Under the pieces are notes generated by a model, which saw nothing but the letters and a program-made list of their open reading frames with translations, was not told the DNA's origin and searched no databases. From NCBI GenBank assembly GCA_947259885.1, contig CAMYNW010000012.1, forward strand, positions 74,769 to 138,768: DNA of 64,000 nt, written 5' to 3'. Within the stretch, counting starts at the first letter, position 1, and every line of letters starts with the position of its first letter. Source of the stretch: an uncultured Gammaproteobacteria bacterium. GTDB lineage: Bacteria; Pseudomonadota; Gammaproteobacteria; Arenicellales; Poriferihabitantaceae. The translations under genes were made by a program, and so were the position numbers. Below are positions 1 to 8,867 of the stretch, piece by piece.

Positions 1-255
1 TCCCTCGCTGAAGATCTAAAAGTGGTGAGGGTTCTGGTTAATCAGGCCCATACTTTTGGCAACGGTGGCGGATTTACCAGCGGCCTCCCGTTCACACTTT
101 CCATGGGTTGCGGTACCTGGGCAGGTAATTCGATTTCAGAAAACCTGAATTACAAACACTTTATTAATATCACTCATGTGGTCACGACGATTCCAGAGGA
201 TAAACCTTCAGAGGACGAGCTTTTTGGCGCCTACTGGAGCAAGTACGGAAAATAA
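1..255 (+). CDS. CoA-acylating aldehyde dehydrogenase, C-terminal end (5' part lies outside the window)
   Basis: The frame is open from base 1. The C-terminal motif FTLSMGCGTWAGNSISENLNYKHFINITHVV matches the LTLGCGSWGGNSISENV...KHLIN signature at the end of AdhE/SucD-type acylating aldehyde dehydrogenase domains. Confidence 0.6.
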   Translation, partial: SLAEDLKVVRVLVNQAHTFGNGGGFTSGLPFTLSMGCGTWAGNSISENLNYKHFINITHVVTTIPEDKPSEDELFGAYWSKYGK

Positions 256-324
256 TCCGCTCGCGGTTTTTACCTTGACCACATCTGTCTAATTTACAGT
301 TATTTCATCGAGACCTATCGTCGC

Positions 325-1851
325 ATGCATACCATCAGACAGTGTATCGAACACCACGCCGCCGAGCGCGCTGATAAAACTTTTCTGATCGCACCCGACA
401 CCAAACAGGAGCTTAGCTTCGCCCAGCTGAAGGCCAATGCAGATTTGATCGGCAACCAGCTTGATCGGCTCGGTGTCGAACAGGGTGCGAAGGTTGCCTT
501 TCTGCTGAATAATGGCTACTGGACTGCACAGCTGTTTCTCGGCGTAATGGCCAGCAATCGGGTAATCGTCCCACTCAATGCGGTGGCGGGTACAACCCAA
601 CTGCAGCATGTCTTGAGTCATTCGGATGCCGAGATCGTATTCGTTTCAGCAGAATATCGGGAGAAGTTAAAGGATCTCATGACAGTAATCGATCGCAAGA
701 TTCTGGTGATTGATTGTGATGATATGAATGGCCCCGAATGGTCCGAATTCTCCGGCCGCGGCGCAACCGCAGACACGCCTGGATCAGACGATGCCGCTCT
801 TCTGCTTTATACCTCGGGTTCGACTGGTCTGCCTAAAGGCGCAGTACTTTCACACCTGGCCGTTACAAGTGGTGGCGCCAACGTTGCGGGCGGACATCAA
901 CTTGATCAAGATGACCGAGCGTTATGTGTACTGCCCGTCTATCATATCAATGGCGCCATGGTGACGGTCTCGGCGCCGCTGGTGAGCGGCTCAAGCGTCG
1001 TCATGCCCGGTCGCTTCAGTGCCCGAACATTCTGGACATTGGTGGCGCAGTACCAGTGCTCCTGGTCGAGTGTAGTCCCCACAATAATCAAATATTTACT
1101 GGATCGGGCGCACCAGGAAGAGTTCAACTTCGGTCATGATGAGCGTCTGTCCTGCTTTCGATTTGGTCGCTCTGCTTCGGCGCCGCTTCCCGCCGTGGTC
1201 TTAAAGCAGTGGGAAGACACGTTTCATGTCCCCATGATTGAAACCCTCGGCCTCACCGAAACCGCGGGCACAGTGGCCACCAATCCCATGCCGCCTTTGC
1301 CGCGTAAACCAGGTTCAGTTGGTCTTCCTTACGGCAACGAAATAGAGATCGTGGACGAGAATGGCGACTTTTGCTCCGCCGGCGACCCAGGAGAGCTGGT
1401 CATTAAGGGCGACAACGTGCTCAACCACTACTACAAGAATCCGCAAGCCACGCAAGCCGCCCTCATGGGTGAGTGGTTTCGCACCGGCGATCTGGGACAG
1501 AAAGATGAGGATGGGTATCTGTTCATTACAGGCCGGCTCAAAGAGCTGATCATACGCGGCGGTGAAAACATCGCACCCCGGGAAATAGACGATGTGCTCT
1601 ACAAACATGACGCCATCCTCGAAGCCGCGGCGGTCGGCGTGGATGATGACAATTATGGCCAGGAAGTCGTGGCCTGCGTGGTAGTTCGGGATGGCTATGA
1701 CTGTAATGAACAGGAGTTAAAGGACTTCTGCGAAGCGTCGGTTGGAAAGTACAAGGCCCCAAAGACGATCTACTTTTTTGACGATCTGCCCAAGGGGCCT
1801 TCCGGGAAAATTCTCAGATTAAAATTGCCGGACCTTATCGCTTCTTTATGA
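325..1851 (+). CDS. AMP-forming acyl-CoA synthetase / ligase (ANL superfamily)
   Basis: 508-aa ORF with an ATG start. It has the AMP-binding motif LYTSGSTGLPKG, TGD in WFRTGDLG, and a C-terminal PKGPSGKILR lysine motif. Confidence 0.85.
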   Translation: MHTIRQCIEHHAAERADKTFLIAPDTKQELSFAQLKANADLIGNQLDRLGVEQGAKVAFLLNNGYWTAQLFLGVMASNRVIVPLNAVAGTTQLQHVLSHSDAEIVFVSAEYREKLKDLMTVIDRKILVIDCDDMNGPEWSEFSGRGATADTPGSDDAALLLYTSGSTGLPKGAVLSHLAVTSGGANVAGGHQLDQDDRALCVLPVYHINGAMVTVSAPLVSGSSVVMPGRFSARTFWTLVAQYQCSWSSVVPTIIKYLLDRAHQEEFNFGHDERLSCFRFGRSASAPLPAVVLKQWEDTFHVPMIETLGLTETAGTVATNPMPPLPRKPGSVGLPYGNEIEIVDENGDFCSAGDPGELVIKGDNVLNHYYKNPQATQAALMGEWFRTGDLGQKDEDGYLFITGRLKELIIRGGENIAPREIDDVLYKHDAILEAAAVGVDDDNYGQEVVACVVVRDGYDCNEQELKDFCEASVGKYKAPKTIYFFDDLPKGPSGKILRLKLPDLIASL

Positions 1852-1935
1852 TTGCAGAGCAAGTTATTGAAAAAATTGATCTCAACGCCCTGGAATTCGC
1901 ATATCATTCCTCCTCTGCAATGATCACGAGGATGC

Positions 1936-1962
1936 CGCTGTGGTCCTGAACTTGATTCAGGA
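1936..1962. repeat. Short interspersed palindromic element, copy 1 (CGCTGT-NN-TCCTGAACTTGATTCAGGA)
   Basis: Hairpin with 7-bp arms TCCTGAA/TTCAGGA and a 5-nt loop, lying in an intergenic region. The same 25 of 27 nt recur in inverted orientation at 43561-43587. Confidence 0.7.
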
Positions 1963-2202
1963 CTTCCATAATTGAAAAAAACGACTCAACTGCCCACTGA
2001 ACCTGTTCAATTTTTTTACCTGCGAGTTCTAATCCAAACTCCCTCGGCAATTATCAGCCTGCAGATCTCTATCAAATTCGATTTGCCCTATTTTGCACAT
2101 TAGAAACAATTAATATTGATCAAGATCAGTATCGGCAGGTAGTCCTCAGGATATACAATCCCTAGGCTGTTAAATAACTATTTCCCTGGGGGGTAAACGC
2201 TT

Positions 2203-2859
2203 ATGAATAGTACGAATTCAGGTCGTCGCAAGTTACTTAAATCGTTGACCGTAGGCGGCGCCGCCGCTGTTACAGCGAAGTCAATGCCTGAAGAGTGGAC
2301 CAAACCATTGGTCAATGGGGTCTCGCTCCCCGCTCACGCGCAAACCACTGTTCCGCCAGTTTCTCCGAATTTTCATGGCGGATTTGGGATGGCGGGTCCT
2401 GGACCGTTAACGGACCTCTCAGCACCCGAACAAATATTCAAGAGTCTCATTGATTCGGTCATTCCACCAGCGCTGGCATGTCCCTGCAAAAGTGTGGTAG
2501 TGGAAATGCAGCAAGACGGTCTTAAACCAACTGGAAGTAACAATCAGGAATTCGATGTGCAGGTGGCCTTTTCGATTGTGCGTGAGGGCGACCCAGGCAC
2601 TAACATCGAGCGTTGGGAGAATAAAAAGGTGCCCGTAGGCCCAACCGTTCCTTTGACACGCTTAAGTAGTTGTGTCGGCGTTGAAGCAACCATTTCAATT
2701 CAAAAGACAGGCCCAAAAAATGAAGGGACTATTTTTTATAAAACTGAATTCTCTTCCTGGACGAAAATACCATACACAATTGACCCGGGCGTCAAATCGC
2801 TACCTGTTGCAAAATGTTTCGCTCCAGGGGGCGAGGGAAGTGAGGGGGGAGGGAAATAG
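2203..2859 (+). CDS. Hypothetical exported protein with a twin-arginine-like signal peptide
   Basis: The N-terminus GRRKLLKSLTVGGAAAVTAKS resembles the S/T-R-R-x-F-L-K Tat motif followed by an h-region. I recognise no catalytic motif. The C-terminus is Gly/Glu-rich (GGEGSEGGGK). Confidence 0.5.
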   Translation: MNSTNSGRRKLLKSLTVGGAAAVTAKSMPEEWTKPLVNGVSLPAHAQTTVPPVSPNFHGGFGMAGPGPLTDLSAPEQIFKSLIDSVIPPALACPCKSVVVEMQQDGLKPTGSNNQEFDVQVAFSIVREGDPGTNIERWENKKVPVGPTVPLTRLSSCVGVEATISIQKTGPKNEGTIFYKTEFSSWTKIPYTIDPGVKSLPVAKCFAPGGEGSEGGGK

Positions 2860-2871
2860 GTCGACTCGCCT

Positions 2872-3882
2872 TTACTCCAGACCACCACCGTCATAACAGG
2901 CGGACCCTCGCTCTCGGTGCCATAACCGAAACAGGTGGCGCTTCTGATCCGGGTCGCTGTGATCGGTAAATGCACTGCGATAATGTCCAACCTCGTGGTT
3001 GTTCAAATACTGCATCTGCCCGCGTTGCAGCGGCCCTTCAAACCAGATGTCTTGGTCCGCGCAGACTTCATCGATGGCTTCAAGCGCATCGGCTAATTCA
3101 GCATCCATGGTTTCATCCGCGACCTCATAACCCTTGCGCACCAGCTGTGAGTTTGCGCGTGCGTTCAGTCGATTACCAACCCAGCTGAAGTACGGCGCGA
3201 GGCAGACCTTCGGCGCGCCTTCTCCATGTTCTTTCTGACGATCAAACAGCATCGGCTGATAAAGGCGTTGCAGTGATTTCGGATACTTACCCATCATGCG
3301 ATCATGCACCGTGTATAGGCTGCAGAAACGACTGACACCGCCCTCTGGAGCCGGGTAACGGCACAGCAGTCCTACATAATCCGGCACCATCTGCGCGAAG
3401 GCGTTGTCGGTGTGAAACACAAGTTCAACCGAGGTGTGGGATCCACGCACGCCATAATCGTAAACCTCACCAGTATCGCGAACGTCATAGATCATTTCCC
3501 CGTTCCATTTCTGGGCCACAGGCCGGCCAATTAATTGACCGAGCAGCCAGTATATTTCAACCATGGTATCGATCGGATGGTCATCCATGGGCAACCTGTC
3601 CAGCACGGCAAAACCCACCCCGTCATCTAAAATTGATTTCATATGTGCCATCTTCGCCCCGCATGCAGGCAAGTCAAAATCCTTTATATTGCGTTGCAGA
3701 TTCTGTAGCGGGTTTTCTTTAATAAACTCAGATAACTTATTAATTTCACTCAACATTGCCTGCTCGAGAGGCACCACCCAATCTTGTTCGGTTATCTCGT
3801 AAGCCAACCATGCCCTGCGCTCGTGCGGCGTATTTCTGATCTCGGACAGTTCTCGGCGACAGTCAAGGAAGGCGACGGACAT
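2872..3882 (-). CDS. TauD/TfdA-family Fe(II)/2-oxoglutarate-dependent dioxygenase
   Basis: 336 aa with an ATG start. It has the H-x-D motif in VFHTDNAF, a distal His in NNHEVGHYRSAF, and family-typical size and layout. Confidence 0.7.
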   Translation of the reverse strand: MSVAFLDCRRELSEIRNTPHERRAWLAYEITEQDWVVPLEQAMLSEINKLSEFIKENPLQNLQRNIKDFDLPACGAKMAHMKSILDDGVGFAVLDRLPMDDHPIDTMVEIYWLLGQLIGRPVAQKWNGEMIYDVRDTGEVYDYGVRGSHTSVELVFHTDNAFAQMVPDYVGLLCRYPAPEGGVSRFCSLYTVHDRMMGKYPKSLQRLYQPMLFDRQKEHGEGAPKVCLAPYFSWVGNRLNARANSQLVRKGYEVADETMDAELADALEAIDEVCADQDIWFEGPLQRGQMQYLNNHEVGHYRSAFTDHSDPDQKRHLFRLWHRERGSACYDGGGLE

Positions 3883-3888
3883 CTTTAC

Positions 3889-4578
3889 TTAGGCCACCCT
3901 GACATGCAGCTCCCCTATCCCTTCAATGGATCCCTCCAGGGTGTCACCCCGCTGCACCGGTCCAACCCCGGCCGGGGTGCCGGTCATGATCAAGTCGCCC
4001 GGCTGCAGTTCGAACAGTCCGGACAGGATCGAAATTATTTCCGGTACTTTCCAGATCAACTGATTAAGATCGCCCTTCTGACGTAGCGCACCATTCACAT
4101 TTAACGTGATCGAACCTTGGGCGGGATGGCCAATTCCCGCAGCGGGCACAATTTGCCCACAGGGCGCTGAATGTTCGAATGCCTTGCCAACATCCCATGG
4201 CCGCCCCATTTTCTTTTGTTGAGCCTGCAGATCACGCCGGGTCATATCGAGGCCCACCGTATATCCATACACGCATTCCAGCGCATTCTCCACATCTATA
4301 TCCTTTCCTCCCCGCTGTAAAGCGACCACCAGTTCGATTTCATGATGGACATCACTGGTCATTGGCGGATACGGAAAATCTGCACCCTCTACGACCAGAT
4401 TATCAGGATTCTTCTGAAAGAAAAACGGCAACTCCTTATCCGGATCATGTCCCATTTCAATGGCGTGCTCCGCATAGTTTCTGCCTACACAATATATTCT
4501 ATGCACGGGAAACACTTTGTCCGAGTCGAGAATGGAAAGGTTTGGTGTGGCGGGAGGAGAAAATACGTAATCAGACAT
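3889..4578 (-). CDS. Fumarylacetoacetate hydrolase (FAH) family protein
   Basis: 229 aa. The N-terminal IYCVGRNYAEHAIEMG and the ELVVAL / DLIMTGTPAGVG motifs are typical of the FAH / 2-keto-4-pentenoate hydratase fold. It lies 6 nt downstream of the TauD-like gene. Confidence 0.8.
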   Translation of the reverse strand: MSDYVFSPPATPNLSILDSDKVFPVHRIYCVGRNYAEHAIEMGHDPDKELPFFFQKNPDNLVVEGADFPYPPMTSDVHHEIELVVALQRGGKDIDVENALECVYGYTVGLDMTRRDLQAQQKKMGRPWDVGKAFEHSAPCGQIVPAAGIGHPAQGSITLNVNGALRQKGDLNQLIWKVPEIISILSGLFELQPGDLIMTGTPAGVGPVQRGDTLEGSIEGIGELHVRVA

Positions 4579-4682
4579 GAAAGTTTTATAGGATAAACAA
4601 AGATTATCGCGCGCATTCTACAGAATTTTCTATAATCGGTGCTATCAAATCACAACAACACTCACCAACCGATTCAAAAATC

Positions 4683-5483
4683 TTGGCGTTATCAGCGACA
4701 ACAAATTTTTTTACCCAGGGATGGAGAGTATTTGAACCGGATCCCGCAATCGAATCCTGGACAAAATCGTGTCTTGGGTCATGCAGACGGGCGGTCAATA
4801 ACCCAGCCAACCTGCGGTGGCTGCGGCATGACGGCACCTGGTTCGCCGGCGTCAATGCACTCGATAATAATGAACGCGGCGAGGTCAACGGCAGCCCGCC
4901 TCTTAACGGAAAAGCGGTGCAGTTTTTATCCAGGCAATTGGACATTCAGCCGATCCGCTGGGATAAGGCACAGATTTCTGTGTGTTACCCAGGCTATCCG
5001 AGAGCTTCGGACGATGAACCAGAAGCCGCCTTTCGCTATCGCCTGAAACGCGACGCGGCCCATATTGATGGACTGTTGCGAATCGGACCTGAGAAGCGCA
5101 GATTCTTACGCGAGTACCATGGATTTATTCTGGGCATTCCAATGGTCGAGTTCAGCCATGACGCCTCCCCGTTAGTGGTGTGGGAAGGCTCCCATGAGAT
5201 CGCTCGTGATACGTTCAGTAACGTGCTTGATGCAAACACCCCGGACAGCTGGGAACAGATCGATTTGACCGAGATCTATCACGCGCTGCGTCGCAAAATA
5301 TTCGATCAATGCAAACGCGTCGAGATCGCGGTCAAACCAGGGCAGGTGTTTGTGGTGCACCGCCTGGCCCTGCATGGCATGGCGCCCTGGGGAGAAAATG
5401 CCAGCGCCGGCCCCGATGGCAGAATGATCTGCTATTTTCGTCCAGAGCTTGCAGACCCGGTTAAGTGGTTACAGGCCCCGTAA
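4683..5483 (+). CDS. Hypothetical protein, PhyH-like Fe(II)/2OG dioxygenase superfamily
   Basis: It has H-x-D (AAHIDG), a W-E-G-S-H element aligned with the V-P-G-S-H of PhyH proteins, and a distal His in HRLALHG. The start is TTG and there is no in-frame ATG near the 5' end, so the start is uncertain. Confidence 0.45.
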   Translation: MALSATTNFFTQGWRVFEPDPAIESWTKSCLGSCRRAVNNPANLRWLRHDGTWFAGVNALDNNERGEVNGSPPLNGKAVQFLSRQLDIQPIRWDKAQISVCYPGYPRASDDEPEAAFRYRLKRDAAHIDGLLRIGPEKRRFLREYHGFILGIPMVEFSHDASPLVVWEGSHEIARDTFSNVLDANTPDSWEQIDLTEIYHALRRKIFDQCKRVEIAVKPGQVFVVHRLALHGMAPWGENASAGPDGRMICYFRPELADPVKWLQAP

Positions 5484-5493
5484 ACACCATCGG

Positions 5494-6726
5494 CTAGCCG
5501 GCCCGCGAACGCATGGCGTGAAACAGCACCTGACAGCCCGCGGCGATATCTTCAGGCGTGGCGTTTTCAATTTCGTTGTGACTAATCCCACCTTCACAGG
5601 GTACGAATATCATCGCTACAGGATATTTTCTTGCCATGTACACTGCATCATGCCCTGCACCGCTGATCATCTCACGGTACGGATAACCACTTTTTTCAGC
5701 GCCCTCCCTGACCAGAGCGATACAGTCTTGATCAAACTGTGTAGCGGGTGAAATCCAGAAGTTTTGCAGATCAAAGCTGCACCGATGCTTGTCCGCAATT
5801 TTTTCCAGCGACTCACGCATCGAACTCTCCATCCGTATCAGCACGTCGTCATCCGGATGCCGGGTATCGACGGTGACCCAAACGTGTCCCGGTATCACAT
5901 TACGACTGCCCGGCAGCACCTTGATCAGGCCACAGGTGGCGCAGGCATCCGGTCCATTGTCCAGTCCCAGTCGATTGATCATCTGAATCATCTCTGAGGC
6001 ACACAGCAGCGCATCCTTTCGCAAAAGCATCGGGGTTGGCCCGGCGTGGGCCTCCTGCCCATGGACGTTAAGCTCAAACCAACGCTGACCTTGTCCGCCG
6101 CTGACAACGCCTATAGTTTTGCCCTCGTTTTCAAGTACCGGGCCCTGCTCGATATGCGCTTCGAAGTAACAGTCTACCGCCTGACCGAATGGACGTGAAC
6201 CGATCCAACCAAGCCGGTCCAGCTCCTGTTTGACAGTTTTAGTGTCTTCGTCTTCGATCTGGTACGCCCAATCCAATTCAAAAATTCCGGTATGCACACC
6301 AGACCCCATCATCGGCGGGGAGAAGCGACTGCCTTCTTCATTGTTCCAAACCACCAGCTCAATAGGAGCCTCGGTCTCAATATTGTGGTCCGCGAGTGTT
6401 CGCAGAACCTCCAGACCCGCCAGCACCCCATAAACTCCATCAAATCGCCCACCAGTTGGTTGACTGTCTAAATGACTTCCGGTCATCACAGGTGGTCGCT
6501 CGCTGTCTTTACCCGAGCGCCGAATAAACAGATTACCTACGGCATCGCATTGATGCGCGCACCCTAACTCATCAGTCCAGCGTAACAGTAGTTCCCTGCC
6601 TTGTTGATCTAAATCGGTCATCGTCAAACGACATACTCCGCCTTTGTCCGTGGCACCAATTTTCGCCATCTCCATTAGTGAATCCCAAAGGCGTTCGGCA
6701 TTAATTCGAATATTTTTTTGCTCCAT
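5494..6726 (-). CDS. M20-family Zn-dependent amidohydrolase (N-carbamoyl-L-amino-acid hydrolase / allantoate amidohydrolase type)
   Basis: The layout is the hydantoinase/carbamoylase-family amidase type: ERLWDSLMEMAKIG...GGVCR, GSHLDSQPTGGRFDG, WNNEEGSRF and EAHIEQGP. The ATG at 6726 (MEQKNIRI) is preferred over the longer ORF extension to 6810. Confidence 0.8.
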   Translation of the reverse strand: MEQKNIRINAERLWDSLMEMAKIGATDKGGVCRLTMTDLDQQGRELLLRWTDELGCAHQCDAVGNLFIRRSGKDSERPPVMTGSHLDSQPTGGRFDGVYGVLAGLEVLRTLADHNIETEAPIELVVWNNEEGSRFSPPMMGSGVHTGIFELDWAYQIEDEDTKTVKQELDRLGWIGSRPFGQAVDCYFEAHIEQGPVLENEGKTIGVVSGGQGQRWFELNVHGQEAHAGPTPMLLRKDALLCASEMIQMINRLGLDNGPDACATCGLIKVLPGSRNVIPGHVWVTVDTRHPDDDVLIRMESSMRESLEKIADKHRCSFDLQNFWISPATQFDQDCIALVREGAEKSGYPYREMISGAGHDAVYMARKYPVAMIFVPCEGGISHNEIENATPEDIAAGCQVLFHAMRSRAG

Positions 6727-6830
6727 GAATATCCTCAGTAGCGTGCAATGATTAGGGTTTAAATTTACTCTAACAGTTGCAAATCGACGCAGCGATACTA
6801 CAATCCTCAAAAGATAGTGAATACTCTCAT

Positions 6831-7386
6831 ATGCTCTCTCCAGAACAAATAGATATTTATCAACAGCAAGATGCCGGGATCAGGTACCGTTGTGAAATGG
6901 CACCAGGACTTTCCCTTTGATCCTCATACCAATGATGACTGCGTCACCGCGATGTTGTATCTCGACGATGTCACCAATGAAAATGGCGCACCCAGGATAG
7001 TGCCCGATTCCCATCGTGGTCCGATTCATTCCCTATGGCACAACGGAATTTTTACTGGCGCTGTAGAAGATAAGATTGCTAGAGAGTGCGAAACAAGCGC
7101 GGTCGAATGCGCTGGCCCCGCGGGATCAATTTGTCTGATGCACACTCGCGCACTGCATGGTTCTTCCACCAATCGAACCAGTTCACCGCGCACCCTATTT
7201 ATTGCCAATCTGACGAGCGCAGACGCCATCCCACTTTCGCCCAATGCGGTGCCCAGCGTTTACTCTGACCAAATCGTATATGGCAAAGACCCGGGCAAAA
7301 TCAGGGTCCAACGCCAAACTCTTGAAGCGCCGGAAATTCCCGCCGGAGCTTCTTTTTTCAATCAGCAGTCTCAGCAGGGAATGTAA
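6831..7386 (+). pseudogene. Phytanoyl-CoA dioxygenase (PhyH) family gene with an internal deletion and frameshift
   Basis: The ATG at 6831 encodes MLSPEQIDIYQQQ (compare LTVGQVEFFQKN of the intact paralog at 32651-33535) and terminates after 29 codons. The +1 frame then resumes at INSKMPGSGTVVKWHQDFPF (compare INSKLPGGQTEVKWHQDFPF) and runs to 7386. About 115 codons of the N-terminal half are missing. Confidence 0.6.
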
Positions 7387-7395
7387 AATCTGGCG

Positions 7396-8310
7396 ATGGA
7401 TATCGGCCAGCCACTTCCCTATTTAGCGCGCATCAGGTCCTACTATCTGGCTCTCGGTTACGAACACCCTTATCAATGGGCGCATTTTGATGAGGTACCT
7501 TTCTCTCATCTTGAAAAGCCGCTGTCGCAAGTACGAATCGGTCTGGTAACGACCGCGGCATTGTTCTGTGAAGAATGCGGTGACCAGGGCCCAGGGGCAG
7601 CTTATAACGCCGCCGCCAAGTTTTATTCCGTTTATGCTTCGCCAACGAAAGGAAATCCTAATGTCTATATTTCCCACGTAGGATACGACCGCAAACATAC
7701 TACGGCTAAAGATCAAAACAGCTGGTTTCCGTTAATACAATTAAAACTTGCCGCAGCGTCGGGCAGAATCGGTGCTGTATCCAGACGCTTCTATGGGTTG
7801 CCCACCAATCGGAGTCAAACCACGACCATGGAACGTGATGCACCAAACCTTTTAGAACGATTAATAGAGGACGACGTCAATGCTGCGGTGCTGGTTGCTA
7901 ATTGCCCTGTTTGCCATCAATGCTGTTGCCTGGCTGCCAGACATCTTGAACAAAATGGAATTGCCACAGTGGTATTGGGCTGTGCTAAAGATATTGTCGA
8001 ACACATTGGCATTCCCAGGTTCATGTTCAGCGACTTTCCCTTGGGTAATGCAGCGGGGAAACCGGGAGACGAGAATTCACAGCATCGGACTTTGGACCTG
8101 GCGCTGACATTGCTGGATACTGCTACCGGTCCTCGAACTACCTTAGTTTCCCCAATCCAATGGTCGGAGAGCGAAGACTGGAAGAAAGACTTCTACAATA
8201 TCGAGCGGCTATCAGAACAGGAGCGCCAAGCACTGCGAGAAAAATTTGATCAAGATAAAGCGATCGCGAAAAAGAAAAAACAAACTGAAGGGCGGGTAAT
8301 TTCTCGTTAA
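7396..8310 (+). CDS. Glycine/sarcosine/betaine reductase component B (GrdB) / PrdB-like protein, Cys-type (no selenocysteine)
   Basis: 304 aa. The N-terminus has ARIRSYYLALGY..., and a Cys-rich segment LVANCPVCHQCCCLAARHLEQNGIATVVLGC resembles the redox-active region of GrdB-family proteins. The assignment is from memory of the family and needs an HMM search. Confidence 0.4.
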   Translation: MDIGQPLPYLARIRSYYLALGYEHPYQWAHFDEVPFSHLEKPLSQVRIGLVTTAALFCEECGDQGPGAAYNAAAKFYSVYASPTKGNPNVYISHVGYDRKHTTAKDQNSWFPLIQLKLAAASGRIGAVSRRFYGLPTNRSQTTTMERDAPNLLERLIEDDVNAAVLVANCPVCHQCCCLAARHLEQNGIATVVLGCAKDIVEHIGIPRFMFSDFPLGNAAGKPGDENSQHRTLDLALTLLDTATGPRTTLVSPIQWSESEDWKKDFYNIERLSEQERQALREKFDQDKAIAKKKKQTEGRVISR

Positions 8311-8867
8311 ACAACCTCAACGCCGAATTGCAGCGCCGATTCGAACAGGATCTCCCATATGGACAACGCAAATCCTCTTGGAATAAATAGTTCATAGCCT
8401 GATGCGGAGTGCCATAGAGTCACACCTACGTGATGCATGGCGGATGATGCCACCGCGCCTTCACGAAAATTGGTGTCACGTAAATCAAGAGGGAGCAGTC
8501 GGTTTAAAAGTGTAGTCGACTTAGGTCCGGTTATGCGAATTTGAGTTCGCGAGTGTGACAAATCAAGGACGGCTCCTTGTCCAGAATCGATCTGCATCGA
8601 ATCCACACCGACAAGCCACCACTTCAGTGGCTCTGATCTCAGTATCGCACCGCGTTCACCACTAATCGCTTTGCCCGGCGCCGGCGCCTCATCAGCACCC
8701 GCAGCTTTGGCAGCAGCATCTGCGGCTTTCTTTATCGTGTCGGGCCAGGCAGCGACTTGCTGCAACTGCAAATCTCTTATCAGCTGCAGACCAACATCAG
8801 TGTCCCCATCGGTTCCGAAGCGTCCAGACTGATAGTGCCCGTCTAGGGCTGAAATCCGATCAACCAT
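8307..8867 (-). CDS. soxG: Sarcosine oxidase gamma subunit
   Basis: 186 aa from the ATG at 8867, which overlaps the soxA stop by 8 nt (ATGGTTGA). It is the last gene of the soxBDAG order, and its size and sequence (MVDRISALDGHY...) are typical of SoxG. Confidence 0.8.
   Translation of the reverse strand: MVDRISALDGHYQSGRFGTDGDTDVGLQLIRDLQLQQVAAWPDTIKKAADAAAKAAGADEAPAPGKAISGERGAILRSEPLKWWLVGVDSMQIDSGQGAVLDLSHSRTQIRITGPKSTTLLNRLLPLDLRDTNFREGAVASSAMHHVGVTLWHSASGYELFIPRGFALSIWEILFESALQFGVEVV

Noticed and set aside
289-621. 110-aa minus-strand ORF overlapping the 5' end of the acyl-CoA ligase gene
   Set aside because: It is antisense to a gene with clear ANL motifs and has no features of its own.
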